A stretch of 64,000 nucleotides of DNA, from positions 3,970 through 67,969 of the forward strand of contig JAFAAP010000145.1 in NCBI GenBank assembly GCA_023426505.1. Reading direction: 5' to 3'. Within the stretch, counting starts at the first letter, position 1. Every line of letters begins with the position of its first letter. Below, piece by piece: positions 17,633 through 26,926 of this stretch. A program made the translations under genes and the position numbers. Source of the DNA: Pseudomonadota bacterium. GTDB lineage: Bacteria > Pseudomonadota > Alphaproteobacteria > Rhizobiales > Beijerinckiaceae. The notes below the pieces were generated by a model. That model had not been told where the DNA came from. It searched no databases and saw only the letters and a list, made by a program, of their open reading frames with translations.

Positions 17633-17905
17633 CTCACCTCTCCCCGCCGAGGCGAGGTCGAGCGAAGGAGGATGAGGGGCTGGACCGTTCGAGAATTCTC
17701 ATAGTCGGCGCCGCGCGAACTCTCCTCCCCCTTGCGGGGAGGAGTTGGAGGTGGGGGTGGGGCGACCGGGTGAGACCTGCGTCCAGGGAAGCACTGTCAC
17801 TCTGCCGAGCCTATGAGGTTCAAGCGCAGCGCTCCGGCTTTACGACCCCCACGCGGCGCTTCGCGCCCCCCTCCCGCAAGGGGGAGGGAAAGCGCGCCTC
17901 ATCCT
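17633..17905. repeat. Cluster of REP/BIME-like GC-rich palindromic units
   Basis: Hairpin CTCCTCCCCcttgcGGGGAGGAG (about 17721-17743) and its inverted near-copy CCCTCCCgcaagGGGGAGGG (about 17868-17890). GGATGAGG at about 17670 is mirrored by CCTCATCC at about 17898. All lie in the 349-bp intergenic region. Confidence 0.5.
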
Positions 17906-17956
17906 GAAACGACAGCAACCCCTCACCGGGAGAAGTGAGCGCCGGCTTACCCGCCA

Positions 17957-19459
17957 TCAATCCGCGACCGCCGACTCGGCGGCCTTGACGGCGCTACCGC
18001 GCAGGGGCCGCTCCTCCATGGCGAGGAGGAACAGGAAGGCGAGCGCGAAGCCGATCACGGCCGCCATGAAGACATGGCTGAACACATCCGACAGGTTGAC
18101 GCCGCTCTGCGCCGCCGTCGCCGCCAGGCTCTCGAAGCTCGCCGCACCCGACAGGCCCGTGCCGGTCAGCACGATCGCCCCGAAGATCGCCACGATCAGG
18201 GCGCCACCGAGGGAGCGGAAGAAGTTCGCTGCGCCGGTCGCCGTGCCGAGTTCGTGGGGCTTCACCGCGTTCTGGATCGCCACGGTCGAGACAGGCAGGA
18301 GCGTGCCGAGCCCGATGCTGATCACCGCGAGGACCGCCTCGACCCCGAGGAGCGGGATCACGGCGCCATAGACCGCCAGCACCCCCGTGGCCGCCATGGC
18401 AACGAGGAGTCCGCCGACCGGCAGGCGCTTGTAGTGCTTCACCTTCGCCATCATGCGGCCCGACAGCGTCGCGCCCACCACGGTGCCGGCCATGAGCGGG
18501 ATGAGGGCGAGGCCCGAGGCGCTGGCCGAGAGGCCGCGCACCGCCTCGAAATAGACCGGCAGGTAGATGGTCAGCCCGATATAGGTGCCCATGCCGAAGC
18601 AGGCCGCGAGCGTGCCCATGCGCACGACGGGATTGTGCAGCACGCCGGGCGGAATCAGCGGCTCCGGCGCCATGCGCATCCGCAGGGCGAACAGGCCCCA
18701 GAGGATGGCGGACCCGGCGAAGAGCCCGAGGATCTGCCACGAGCCCCACGGATGGCGAAGCCCGCCCCAGCTGAGCGCCAGCAGGAGCGACACGGTCGCG
18801 GTCACCATGACGAGCGCGCCCAGGAGATCGAGCCGGTGCGGCCGGTGCACCTGCGGCAGCTTCTTGAGGCCGTGGAAGGCGATGAACAGGGCCACGAGCC
18901 CGAGCGGCAGGTTGATCCAGAAGATCACCGACCAGTGCAGGTGCTCCGCGAAGAATCCGCCGAGCACGGGCCCGAGCAGGCTCGAGGTCATGAACACGCT
19001 GGCGAAATAGACCTGGTAGCGCCCGCGCTCCTTCGGGGGCACGAGATCGGCCACGATGGTCTGGGCGAGCGCGATGAGCCCGCCGCCGCCGAGCCCCTGA
19101 AGGCCGCGGGCGAGGATCAGGACGATCATGGTGGGGGCGAGCGCGCAGGCCACGGACCCGATGATGAAGACCACGATGCCGATCAGCATCGTGACCCGCC
19201 GGCCATGGCTGTCGCTGAACTTGCCATAGAGGGGCGTCACGGCCGTTGCGGTGAGCAGGTAGACCGTCACCACCCAGGGCAGGTGCTCCAGATCGCCGAG
19301 CTCGCGCCCGATGGTCGGCAGGGCCGTGGCGATGATGGTCTGGTCGAGGGCCGCGAGCAGCATCGACAGCATGATGCCGAAGATGATCCGGCGGATCTCG
19401 GCCTGGCTCAGCGTGTGCCCCGTGCCGGGCCGCAGCGTCTCTCGTGTCGACTGGTCCAT
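17957..19459 (-). CDS. MFS transporter, DHA2 (EmrB/QacA, 14-TMS) drug:H+ antiporter family
   Basis: 500 aa. N-terminus IIFGIMLSMLLAALDQTIIATALPTI and the GKFSDSHGRR motif-A-like loop typical of DHA2. Confidence 0.85.
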   Translation of the reverse strand: MDQSTRETLRPGTGHTLSQAEIRRIIFGIMLSMLLAALDQTIIATALPTIGRELGDLEHLPWVVTVYLLTATAVTPLYGKFSDSHGRRVTMLIGIVVFIIGSVACALAPTMIVLILARGLQGLGGGGLIALAQTIVADLVPPKERGRYQVYFASVFMTSSLLGPVLGGFFAEHLHWSVIFWINLPLGLVALFIAFHGLKKLPQVHRPHRLDLLGALVMVTATVSLLLALSWGGLRHPWGSWQILGLFAGSAILWGLFALRMRMAPEPLIPPGVLHNPVVRMGTLAACFGMGTYIGLTIYLPVYFEAVRGLSASASGLALIPLMAGTVVGATLSGRMMAKVKHYKRLPVGGLLVAMAATGVLAVYGAVIPLLGVEAVLAVISIGLGTLLPVSTVAIQNAVKPHELGTATGAANFFRSLGGALIVAIFGAIVLTGTGLSGAASFESLAATAAQSGVNLSDVFSHVFMAAVIGFALAFLFLLAMEERPLRGSAVKAAESAVAD

Positions 19460-19801
19460 CTTCGTCCTTCGCCTTGCTGCAGCCGATGTAGCGCATCGTG
19501 CGGAAAAGTGGACCCGCTTCGCGCTGACGCGGAGCCCCGGGCTCCGCCATCGACGAAGCTCTCATGCAAGGAGACGGCATCGGATCGGGCCCGAAAAGCG
19601 CATGTCCACTCCGGGGGCCGATGCTTTAGGGGACAGGCGGGAGCTTGTCCCAGGATATGACTGCAGGGCAGATATGCGTTCGCCCCCGACAAGGGAGCGA
19701 GCGCCGGGCGACAGCGGTGTCCTCCCCTGCCCGAGCAAAACGGACGGCAAGAACCCGTCGATCGGACGCCCCGATCTGCCCGCTTTCCGTGCGGGGCACG
19801 T

Positions 19802-20281
19802 CTACTGAGTCTTTCGGGGATCGTCCGCCGGATTCACGTACGTGATCCCCCACGGACCCCGGGTGCTGAGCTGCACCACGGTTTCCCTCCCGGTCTGCAC
19901 GAAGTGCTGCGTGCCCGGCGGCATGGCGATGACGCCCCCGGCCGTGATGGCTTTCGTCTTGCCCGGGTCGAATGTCGGTCCCATACCGATGTTGAACTCC
20001 CCGTTGACAACGGTGACGACCTCGTCGGTCGGATGGGTGTGGGGCGGAATCCTGTAGTTTTCCGGGAACTTCAGCCGCATCACGAACATGCCTTCCTTCG
20101 TCGGATCCCCATAGAGGAGCGACATCTGCGCCCCCTTGGGAAGCGAAGGAGGACCGTCCCTCCAGGTGATGTCGCCTGGATTGACCATGGTGTGCTGGTG
20201 CTGCTGTTGCGCGGAGGCTGGCGCCAGGAGGAACAGAAGGGCTGAAGCGCAAGCTGTTGCCGATGACATGAACGACTGCAT
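19802..20281 (-). CDS. Secreted cupin-domain protein
   Basis: Start trimmed to MQSFMSSATACASALLFLLAPASA (signal peptide). Cupin motif PPHTHPTDEVVTVVNGEF...MPPGTQHF. Confidence 0.75.
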   Translation of the reverse strand: MQSFMSSATACASALLFLLAPASAQQQHQHTMVNPGDITWRDGPPSLPKGAQMSLLYGDPTKEGMFVMRLKFPENYRIPPHTHPTDEVVTVVNGEFNIGMGPTFDPGKTKAITAGGVIAMPPGTQHFVQTGRETVVQLSTRGPWGITYVNPADDPRKTQ

Positions 20282-20490
20282 CACGACCTCCCGTGAAGGA
20301 TGATGTGGCGGACGCAAACGCACGCGGCCGGATCGGGTGATCTGCCGCACGGTCGACGCTCTGCCTTTCGCCGTGCGTTGTCAAGGAACCGCGCGAGGCG
20401 GCCGTGCGGGGTAGCGGCGTTCGAGGGCGATGCTAAGGTGGCCCATCGGCCGCTCGCCCTCGGGCCGGCGGCCGAAAAGGAGAGTGTCGC

Positions 20491-20976
20491 ATGATGCTCC
20501 GGATCTGGAGTCTCGCCGCCTTGACCATCGCGGCCCTCAGCCTCGGGCCCTCCTTCGCCCATGTGCTGGAGGCGCCGCCGCGGCTTGCAGTCTGGTCGCC
20601 GGAGCTGTGGCGCGAGGCGACCGTGTTCAACGGGCAGTTCCGGCTCTTCGCCGTCGTGGGGGCGCCGCTCGATCTCGGGATCATCCCGGTCGTCGGCGTC
20701 CTGGCCTATCTGCTGCGCCACGAGCCGGGCCGCTTCCGCTTCGCCCTGGCCGGAGCCGTTCTCTTCGCCCTCGCACTCGCCGCCTGGTTCGCCCTGGTGG
20801 CGCCCGCCAACAGCGTCCTGGCCACGTGGCGGCCCGGCCCGATCCCTGACGGCTTTCATGAGGTCCGCACCCGCTGGGAGACGGGTCATATGACGGTGGC
20901 CGCCCTCAAGCTCCTCGGCTTCATGGCGACGGCGCTCGCGGTCGCCCCGGCCGGAAAACCGGCTGGGCGTCTCTGA
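20491..20976 (+). CDS. DUF1772-like (anthrone-oxygenase-like) small integral membrane protein
   Basis: AAGGAGA RBS upstream. Four hydrophobic segments. The family call is from memory of the N-terminal LGPSFAHVLEAPPRL pattern only. Confidence 0.5.
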   Translation: MMLRIWSLAALTIAALSLGPSFAHVLEAPPRLAVWSPELWREATVFNGQFRLFAVVGAPLDLGIIPVVGVLAYLLRHEPGRFRFALAGAVLFALALAAWFALVAPANSVLATWRPGPIPDGFHEVRTRWETGHMTVAALKLLGFMATALAVAPAGKPAGRL

Positions 20977-20980
20977 CGGG

Positions 20981-23425
20981 TCAACCGGAACCCACCGGCT
21001 CCCTGGGCGAAACACTCCTTTCGGCGACCTGCGACAGGCGGTCCTCGCTTTCCTCGGCCCGGCGCTCGATCTGGGCTATCAGCGCATCGGCCATTTCCTG
21101 GAGCCGCTGCCGGTCCGGCTCCGGGAACTCGCGCGGCTGAGTGTCGATCACGGACAGGGACCCGATGACCAGCCCGGAGGAGGTCCGCAACGGGGCTCCC
21201 GCATAGAACCGGATCCCCTTCTCCAGCACGAGCGGATCGTCGGCGAAGCGGTCGTCCTTGGTCACGTCCTCGGACACCAGCACTTCGTTGGCGGCGACCA
21301 CGTGGGCGTCGAGCGCCCCGTCGTGAGGAGCCTGATGAGGGACCTGCGCCTCCTCGCCTGCGGCCGGTGCGGCCGGGTGCGGCCGGAGCACCTCGTCGAC
21401 GAAGGACACGAGGGCGATCGGGGCATCGAACGCCTTCGCGACATTCCTGGATACTTCATCGAACTGCCGGTTCCTGGCGGATGCCAGGCCGAGATCGTGC
21501 AGGGCCGCGAGCTGCGTCTGCTCCGTGTCGGGGAGGACCGGGGGCGCTCCGCCGGGCTGGGCCGGGCGCGCGATCCAGGAATTCACCTGGTCGACGCAGG
21601 CCTCCAGCGAGGCGAAGACCGCATCGGCCGCCATCTGCTTCTTCAGATCCTCGGTCTGGCCGGCGGCCGGCGCCAGGTTCCAGCAGCAGACGACGAGCTT
21701 CACATGCGGCGCCCGGCGACGCAGGCGGCGGCAGATGTAGCGGGCGTACACCTGCGGCTGCGGGTGCAGATAGGACAGGCAGACCACGTCCACCCCCTCC
21801 AGGTCGAGTTGCCCGAGGGCGCCCTGGCTGACGGCGATCGGCGGCAGGACGCGGGCGCCGATGCCGCGCTCGTCGAGCGCCTGCGCGGCCATTTCGGCCG
21901 CCGCGCGGTCGAGCTCGGTGCGCCCGGCGACGCAGAGGACGGATTGCGGCCGGTCCGCCGGAGGAGAGGGCGGGACTGCATGGTCCGTCCCGTCCTCCGC
22001 CTTGCCGGCAGAGGCCTTCTCCCGGACGTGGTCCTCGATCTCCCGCACGACGCAGATCGCCGTGTCGGCGACGAGCCGCCGGTAGTTGGTGTCCGTGGTG
22101 CTGCGCTGGCGGTCGTTTTCCGCAAGGCGCAGGGCCGGAATGCCGACATTGTCGTAGAACTCCCGCGAGGAGCACTCGTCGACGTAATCCTCGGCGATTT
22201 CCACCGCCTCCTCCAGGTTGCCGGCCAGCAGGCGCTGGTAGAGCCGTTCCTCCGGGGCGAGCACCGGATCGCTGCCCAGAAGGACCCCGAGGAACTCCAG
22301 CTGCGGCACGTAGCGGCCGATCACCACGAGGCAGACGGTCAGAGGAGTGGCGAGAAAGAGCCCGACCGGTCCCCACAGGGATGTCCAGAAGATCGCCGCC
22401 ATGATGATGGCCAGCGACGAGAGGCCGGTGCTGGAGCCGTAGAGCCAGGGCTCGATGACGTTGTTGCTGACGAGCTCGGCGAACAGGAACAGTCCCAGGA
22501 CCCAGAACAGCATCGTCCAGCCGGGATCGACCGCGATCGCGAGCGCGACCGGGAAGAGGGCGGCCAGGAAGGGGCCGAGATAGGGGATGAATCGCAGAAC
22601 GGCCGCCAGGAGCCCCCACAGGATCGCATTGGGCACCCCGATGAAATAGAGCGCGATGCCGATCGGGATGCCGTAGGTCAGGTTCACCACGAGCTGCATC
22701 AGCAGGTAGCGGCTGACGCGGGCGGCCGCGTCGTTGATCGCCTGCGTGCTCTTCTGGAGGTCGCCCGCGCCGGCGAGCTTGATGAAGCGGTCGCGCAGAT
22801 CCTCCTGCTCGAGCAGCACGAAGATGACGAAGATGACCACGAGCCCGGCCGTGGCGAGCGGCGCGAGCAGCGGGCCGATCACGGTCTGGATGATCTCGAG
22901 CGGCTTGGCCTGCGGGGATTCGAGGCGGACCGTGACCGGTTCCTGCGGCGCCGGTCCTGCACCAAGCCCCGGCTGGGACTGCGGCTGCTCGGGCTTGGCC
23001 TTGTCGCCCGAGATCTCCTTGCCGAGGTCCTCGATGGTGGTGGTGACCTTCTCGACCACGCCGCCGCCAGGAGCCGATTGCTGCAGGGAGCGGATCTTCT
23101 GGGTGATGGTGGTCTGGTAGGACGGGAGGTTGTCGGCGAGCTGGATCAGCTGGCGCCCGACCACGAAGGCGATGCCGGCGATGAGGATGAACGCGAGGGT
23201 CACGGCGACGAGCACCGCGGCGATCCGGGGCAGCCGGAAGCGCCTGAACCAGTTCACCAGGGGTGTCAGGGCGAAGCTCAGGAGGATCGCCAGGGCGAAG
23301 GGGATGAAGATGTCCCGACCGAAATAGAGCGCCCCGATCGCCAGGACGATGCCGCCTGCCGTCAGGACGGGAGAGCTGGCCGGCGGCGCAGCAGGCTGAA
23401 GAGGCGGCGGAGCCGGGTCGGCCAT
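20981..23425 (-). CDS. AI-2E (PerM/YhhT) family transporter fused to a large cytoplasmic C-terminal region ending in a GAF domain
   Basis: 814 aa. The N-terminal about 400 aa has AI-2E-type TM topology (…IFIPFALAILLSFALTPLVNWFRR…). The C-terminal about 160 aa is GAF-like (…FDAPIALVSFVDE…VTKDDRFADDPLV…IRFYAGAPLRTSSGLVIGSLSVID…). Confidence 0.8.
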   Translation of the reverse strand: MADPAPPPLQPAAPPASSPVLTAGGIVLAIGALYFGRDIFIPFALAILLSFALTPLVNWFRRFRLPRIAAVLVAVTLAFILIAGIAFVVGRQLIQLADNLPSYQTTITQKIRSLQQSAPGGGVVEKVTTTIEDLGKEISGDKAKPEQPQSQPGLGAGPAPQEPVTVRLESPQAKPLEIIQTVIGPLLAPLATAGLVVIFVIFVLLEQEDLRDRFIKLAGAGDLQKSTQAINDAAARVSRYLLMQLVVNLTYGIPIGIALYFIGVPNAILWGLLAAVLRFIPYLGPFLAALFPVALAIAVDPGWTMLFWVLGLFLFAELVSNNVIEPWLYGSSTGLSSLAIIMAAIFWTSLWGPVGLFLATPLTVCLVVIGRYVPQLEFLGVLLGSDPVLAPEERLYQRLLAGNLEEAVEIAEDYVDECSSREFYDNVGIPALRLAENDRQRSTTDTNYRRLVADTAICVVREIEDHVREKASAGKAEDGTDHAVPPSPPADRPQSVLCVAGRTELDRAAAEMAAQALDERGIGARVLPPIAVSQGALGQLDLEGVDVVCLSYLHPQPQVYARYICRRLRRRAPHVKLVVCCWNLAPAAGQTEDLKKQMAADAVFASLEACVDQVNSWIARPAQPGGAPPVLPDTEQTQLAALHDLGLASARNRQFDEVSRNVAKAFDAPIALVSFVDEVLRPHPAAPAAGEEAQVPHQAPHDGALDAHVVAANEVLVSEDVTKDDRFADDPLVLEKGIRFYAGAPLRTSSGLVIGSLSVIDTQPREFPEPDRQRLQEMADALIAQIERRAEESEDRLSQVAERSVSPREPVGSG

Positions 23426-23503
23426 GATGCGACACCTTCCGGGTGGGTTGACCGGAAGACAACTCGGCTCGAGGCTCGTTGGATCCGGCTAAGCCTGCGG
23501 GCC

Positions 23504-23553
23504 GGAAGGGGAGACGCGCGGCCGGTGGCGTGCCGGGGCGCGTCTCCCCTTCC
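23504..23553. terminator. Very strong hairpin (16-bp perfect stem) downstream of the PD40-propeller gene; possible T-tail-less terminator or REP
   Basis: GGAAGGGGAGACGCGC (23504-23519) pairs perfectly with GCGCGTCTCCCCTTCC (23538-23553), with an 18-nt loop. It lies 24 nt below the stop at 23577. There is no U-tract on either strand. Confidence 0.45.
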
Positions 23554-23576
23554 CTATGCGCCCCTTCGCGCTGGCT

Positions 23577-25079
23577 TCAGATGAACAGGTCCCTCGTTTG
23601 GGTCACGAAGACGCTGCCCTCGTCCACATAGGCCAGGGTCTGGCCGTCGTCGGACAGCGACGGATTCGGGAAGAACCCGCGCTCGACCCGCGCGAGCTTG
23701 TCCGTACACCGGTCGTACACGAACACCTGCCGGTCGGGGTTCACCGGACCCGCATAGTCGGAGGCCTCGTTCTCGAAGGTGACGTAGCGCCCATCCGCTG
23801 AGATCTCGGGGTCGAAGGAGCCGCGGGTGAGCTGCGTCCCGTCGCTCTCGATCGACACGCGCTCCGTGACGCCGGTTTTCCGGTCGAACACGAAGATGTC
23901 CGCAACGCCGTTGGTGTCCCCGCGCACGAGGTTGGACGCGTAGCTCGAATAGACCACGAAGCGCCCGTCGGCCGAGATCTCGGCCTCGCCGCTGTTGTCG
24001 CTCCCGCCCTGGCCGCTGCGGGTCTCGGAGATGCGCTCGGTCGTGCCCGCGAGCCGGTCGTACAGGAAGACGTCCCCTGTGTTCGTGTCGCCGGGCACCA
24101 GGTTGGACGCGAAGCTCATATAGGTCACGTAGCGCCCGTCCGCCGAGATTGACGGGTCGTGGCTCCAGCCGTTCGATTGAGCGCCGTCATGCGCGACGGA
24201 TACCCGCTCGGTCGTGCCGGCCTGCTGGTCGTGGACGAAGATGTCGTGCCCGCCATTCGTGTCGCCCGCCACCAGATTCGACGCCTTGCTCTCGAAGGCG
24301 ATGAAGCGGCCGTTCGCCGACAGGGCCGGCGCCTCGGCGAAATCGCTGACGCCGCTGTAGTCGTCGCCCTGCGTGCCGTCCGACGCGACCGAGACGCGCT
24401 TCGCCGTGTGCGTCACCCGGTCGAACACGAACACGTCGGCGGTGTCGTTCGTATCGCCCGCCACGATGCCTGACGCGAAGCTGATATAGGCCACGAAGCG
24501 GCCGTCGGCCGAAATGGCCGGCGTGAAGGCCTCCGCATCGGCGCTGCCATCCGCCTTCATGGAGACCCGCTCGATCTGGCCCGTCTGCCGGTCACGGACG
24601 AACACGTCGGAGAGCCCGCCATCGTGATCGCCTGGGATCAGGTCCGGGGAGCTGCTCCTGAAGGCCACGTAGCGGCCGTCGCCCGACAGGTCGGGGCCGT
24701 CGCCGTCCACGGCCCTTCCGTCAGGGGCGGTGGAAACTGGCTCGGCCTCCGCCCGGTCCGTGACGCCGATGTGGAAATGCCCGTAGACGGCCTTGTGGCC
24801 GATCGTGGCCTTGACCTCGATGGTATGGTGCTGGGCCGACTCGTAATCGAGCAGGGATCCGTCCGCCACGGTGACGATTCCGGTCTTCGGGTCGATCCTG
24901 AACGCGCCGCCCGCATCGTCGGCCAGGCTGTAGACGACCGGCCCCTTGGCCTTGCGGATGAAGGCGGCCACGTCGATCCCGACCTCGGTCCCGGCCGCGG
25001 CTCCCTCTGCAACCAGGTTTCTCGCGCCGTCGGCGTCCCAGATGGCCGTTTTCTTGTGCCCGTGCTTTGCTCGTCCCAT
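23577..25079 (-). CDS. Cadherin-like domain protein fused to a 6-7-blade PD40/TolB-type beta-propeller
   Basis: N-terminal YSLADDAGGAFRIDPKTGIVTVADGSLLDYESAQHHTIEVKA (cadherin signature). It is followed by 6-7 repeats of about 55-60 aa, (A)DGR[YF]V.[FY].S.AS.LV.GDTN...D[IV]FV.DR..G.TERVS. Confidence 0.75.
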   Translation of the reverse strand: MGRAKHGHKKTAIWDADGARNLVAEGAAAGTEVGIDVAAFIRKAKGPVVYSLADDAGGAFRIDPKTGIVTVADGSLLDYESAQHHTIEVKATIGHKAVYGHFHIGVTDRAEAEPVSTAPDGRAVDGDGPDLSGDGRYVAFRSSSPDLIPGDHDGGLSDVFVRDRQTGQIERVSMKADGSADAEAFTPAISADGRFVAYISFASGIVAGDTNDTADVFVFDRVTHTAKRVSVASDGTQGDDYSGVSDFAEAPALSANGRFIAFESKASNLVAGDTNGGHDIFVHDQQAGTTERVSVAHDGAQSNGWSHDPSISADGRYVTYMSFASNLVPGDTNTGDVFLYDRLAGTTERISETRSGQGGSDNSGEAEISADGRFVVYSSYASNLVRGDTNGVADIFVFDRKTGVTERVSIESDGTQLTRGSFDPEISADGRYVTFENEASDYAGPVNPDRQVFVYDRCTDKLARVERGFFPNPSLSDDGQTLAYVDEGSVFVTQTRDLFI

Positions 25080-25365
25080 CGTCGCCTCCAGGTTTTTTCG
25101 GGAAGGGGTGAGACTGAAGGCGCAATCGGCAGGCGGCCAGAGGGTGCCGGGACGACGAGCCGTAGTTGCACCTCTCTTAACCCGAGGTCGCAGGGACTCG
25201 ACTCTTTTGCCTGCCGGCTCCGTTGACTTTTGGGCGATTGACCTCCCGTCGCCTTCCCGTGGAGGTACATCCCATAACCCCTTGCCGCGAGGGTCCCTCC
25301 ATCGACGTCGCGCCGCCTCCGATGCCCGTGACCCGCCTCTCCGGATCCCGGACGGCGCTGCAGGG

Positions 25366-26922
25366 TTACGGCCTCATGGCGGAGACCCGGCGCCTGCCGA
25401 GGCCTGACAGAACCAGGATGATCGGCCCCAGAAGCACGAGCGCCGCGATCATCGCCCAGGCTTCGTTCGTAGCAGTGGCGAGGCCCGCCCGTTCGAGCAG
25501 GGGCCGCACGTAGGCCTGGACCATCGGGTTGTCGGGCGACGGCAGGGGCCCCGACAGGAAGGTTTCAGGAATGCCGATGGCGCGGGCGGCGTCGAGGTCC
25601 CCGCCTTTGAGCCGCGCGAGCAGGATCCGCGCATGTTCGGGCGCCCGGGTCCAGATCACCGTGTCGATGAGGGCGAGGCCGACGGCGCCGCCGAGATTGC
25701 GCATGAGGTTGAACAGGCTGCTCCCGTCCGGCACGCGATCGGGCGGAAGATGGCCGAGCGCCACGCGGGTCGGCGGCAGGAGGCAGAGCATGATCGCGAC
25801 CCCGCGGATCACCTGCGGCCAGAGCATCGCGTCGAAATCGGCATCGCGGGGCTGGAAGGCGCTGAGGCCCAAGCCGAGACCGAAGAGACCAAACCCGACG
25901 AGCGTGAGGGTGACCGCGTCGATCCGGCGCTCCGCCTGGATGACGAGCGGTGCGCTCACGAGCTGTGCGACCCCGGTGACCAGCATGATCTCGCCGATCC
26001 GCAGCGAGCCGTGGCCGCGCACGAACGCGAGAAACACCGGCATGAGATAGACCGAGCCGTACAATCCGATCCCGGTGAGGAAGCTCAGGGCGCATCCGAC
26101 CGCGAGGCGCCGGTCGCCCAGGGCCGACAGGTCCACCACCGGCGCCGACGCGCGCAGGGTGCGGCGGACGAACAGGATTCCCGAAGCCATGCACAGGACG
26201 AAGAGCGCCAGGATGCCCGGTGAGAGCCAGCCCCTGCGAGGGGCCTCCTTGAGGCCGATCTCGAGAGCCGCGAGACCGATGGCGACGCCGAGCAGGGCGA
26301 TCCAGTCGAACGCGCGCGCCAGGCCGGGATCAGGGCGCTCCCTCGGGAGGCACAGGAACCCGGCCGTGCCGGCGGCCATCCCCGGCCCGACATTGATCAG
26401 GAAGAGCCAGTGCCAGGAAAAGGTCTGGGTGATCCAGCCGCCCACGATGGGCCCCAATGTCGGCGCCAGGACCGCGAGGACGCCCGCGATGGTCGTCGCG
26501 ACCTGCTCGTCCTTCTTCGGGAAGAGCAGGAAGACCGCCGCGAATACCGTCGGGATCAGGGTTCCGCCCGCGAAGCCCTGCACCACGCGCCACAGGGTCA
26601 GCGACGCGAAGCCCGCGCTGGCGGCGCACCCGACGGACGCCATGGTGAAGACCGCGATGGCGGTCGCGAACAGGCCGCGCATCGTGAGCATGCGGGTGAA
26701 CCAGCCGGTCAGCGGGATCGAGATCACCTCGGCGATCAGGTAGGCGGTCTGAACCCAGCTCATCCGATCCGGCGGAATCTCGAGGGCCGACCGGATTTCC
26801 GGCAGGGACGTGGCCACCACCTGGATGTCCAGGATCGCCATGAACATGCCCAGTCCCATGGCGCAGAACCCGGCCCAGGTCCGGACGGACACGCGCTCGC
26901 CCGGCATGCCGAGCGCCGTCAT
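25366..26922 (-). CDS. MFS transporter, DHA2 (EmrB-like) family; last gene of the PKS operon
   Basis: 518 aa, 14-TMS pattern. N-terminus FMAILDIQVVATSLPEI. Lies 4 nt downstream of the methyltransferase gene. Confidence 0.85.
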   Translation of the reverse strand: MTALGMPGERVSVRTWAGFCAMGLGMFMAILDIQVVATSLPEIRSALEIPPDRMSWVQTAYLIAEVISIPLTGWFTRMLTMRGLFATAIAVFTMASVGCAASAGFASLTLWRVVQGFAGGTLIPTVFAAVFLLFPKKDEQVATTIAGVLAVLAPTLGPIVGGWITQTFSWHWLFLINVGPGMAAGTAGFLCLPRERPDPGLARAFDWIALLGVAIGLAALEIGLKEAPRRGWLSPGILALFVLCMASGILFVRRTLRASAPVVDLSALGDRRLAVGCALSFLTGIGLYGSVYLMPVFLAFVRGHGSLRIGEIMLVTGVAQLVSAPLVIQAERRIDAVTLTLVGFGLFGLGLGLSAFQPRDADFDAMLWPQVIRGVAIMLCLLPPTRVALGHLPPDRVPDGSSLFNLMRNLGGAVGLALIDTVIWTRAPEHARILLARLKGGDLDAARAIGIPETFLSGPLPSPDNPMVQAYVRPLLERAGLATATNEAWAMIAALVLLGPIILVLSGLGRRRVSAMRP

Positions 26923-26926
26923 CGCC

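Noticed and set aside
21302-23584. 760-aa plus-strand ORF and 668-aa minus alternate-frame ORF over the AI-2E-GAF gene
   Set aside because: Both are low-complexity, Arg/Pro/Gly-rich alternate frames. Only the 814-aa frame has TM topology and a GAF signature.
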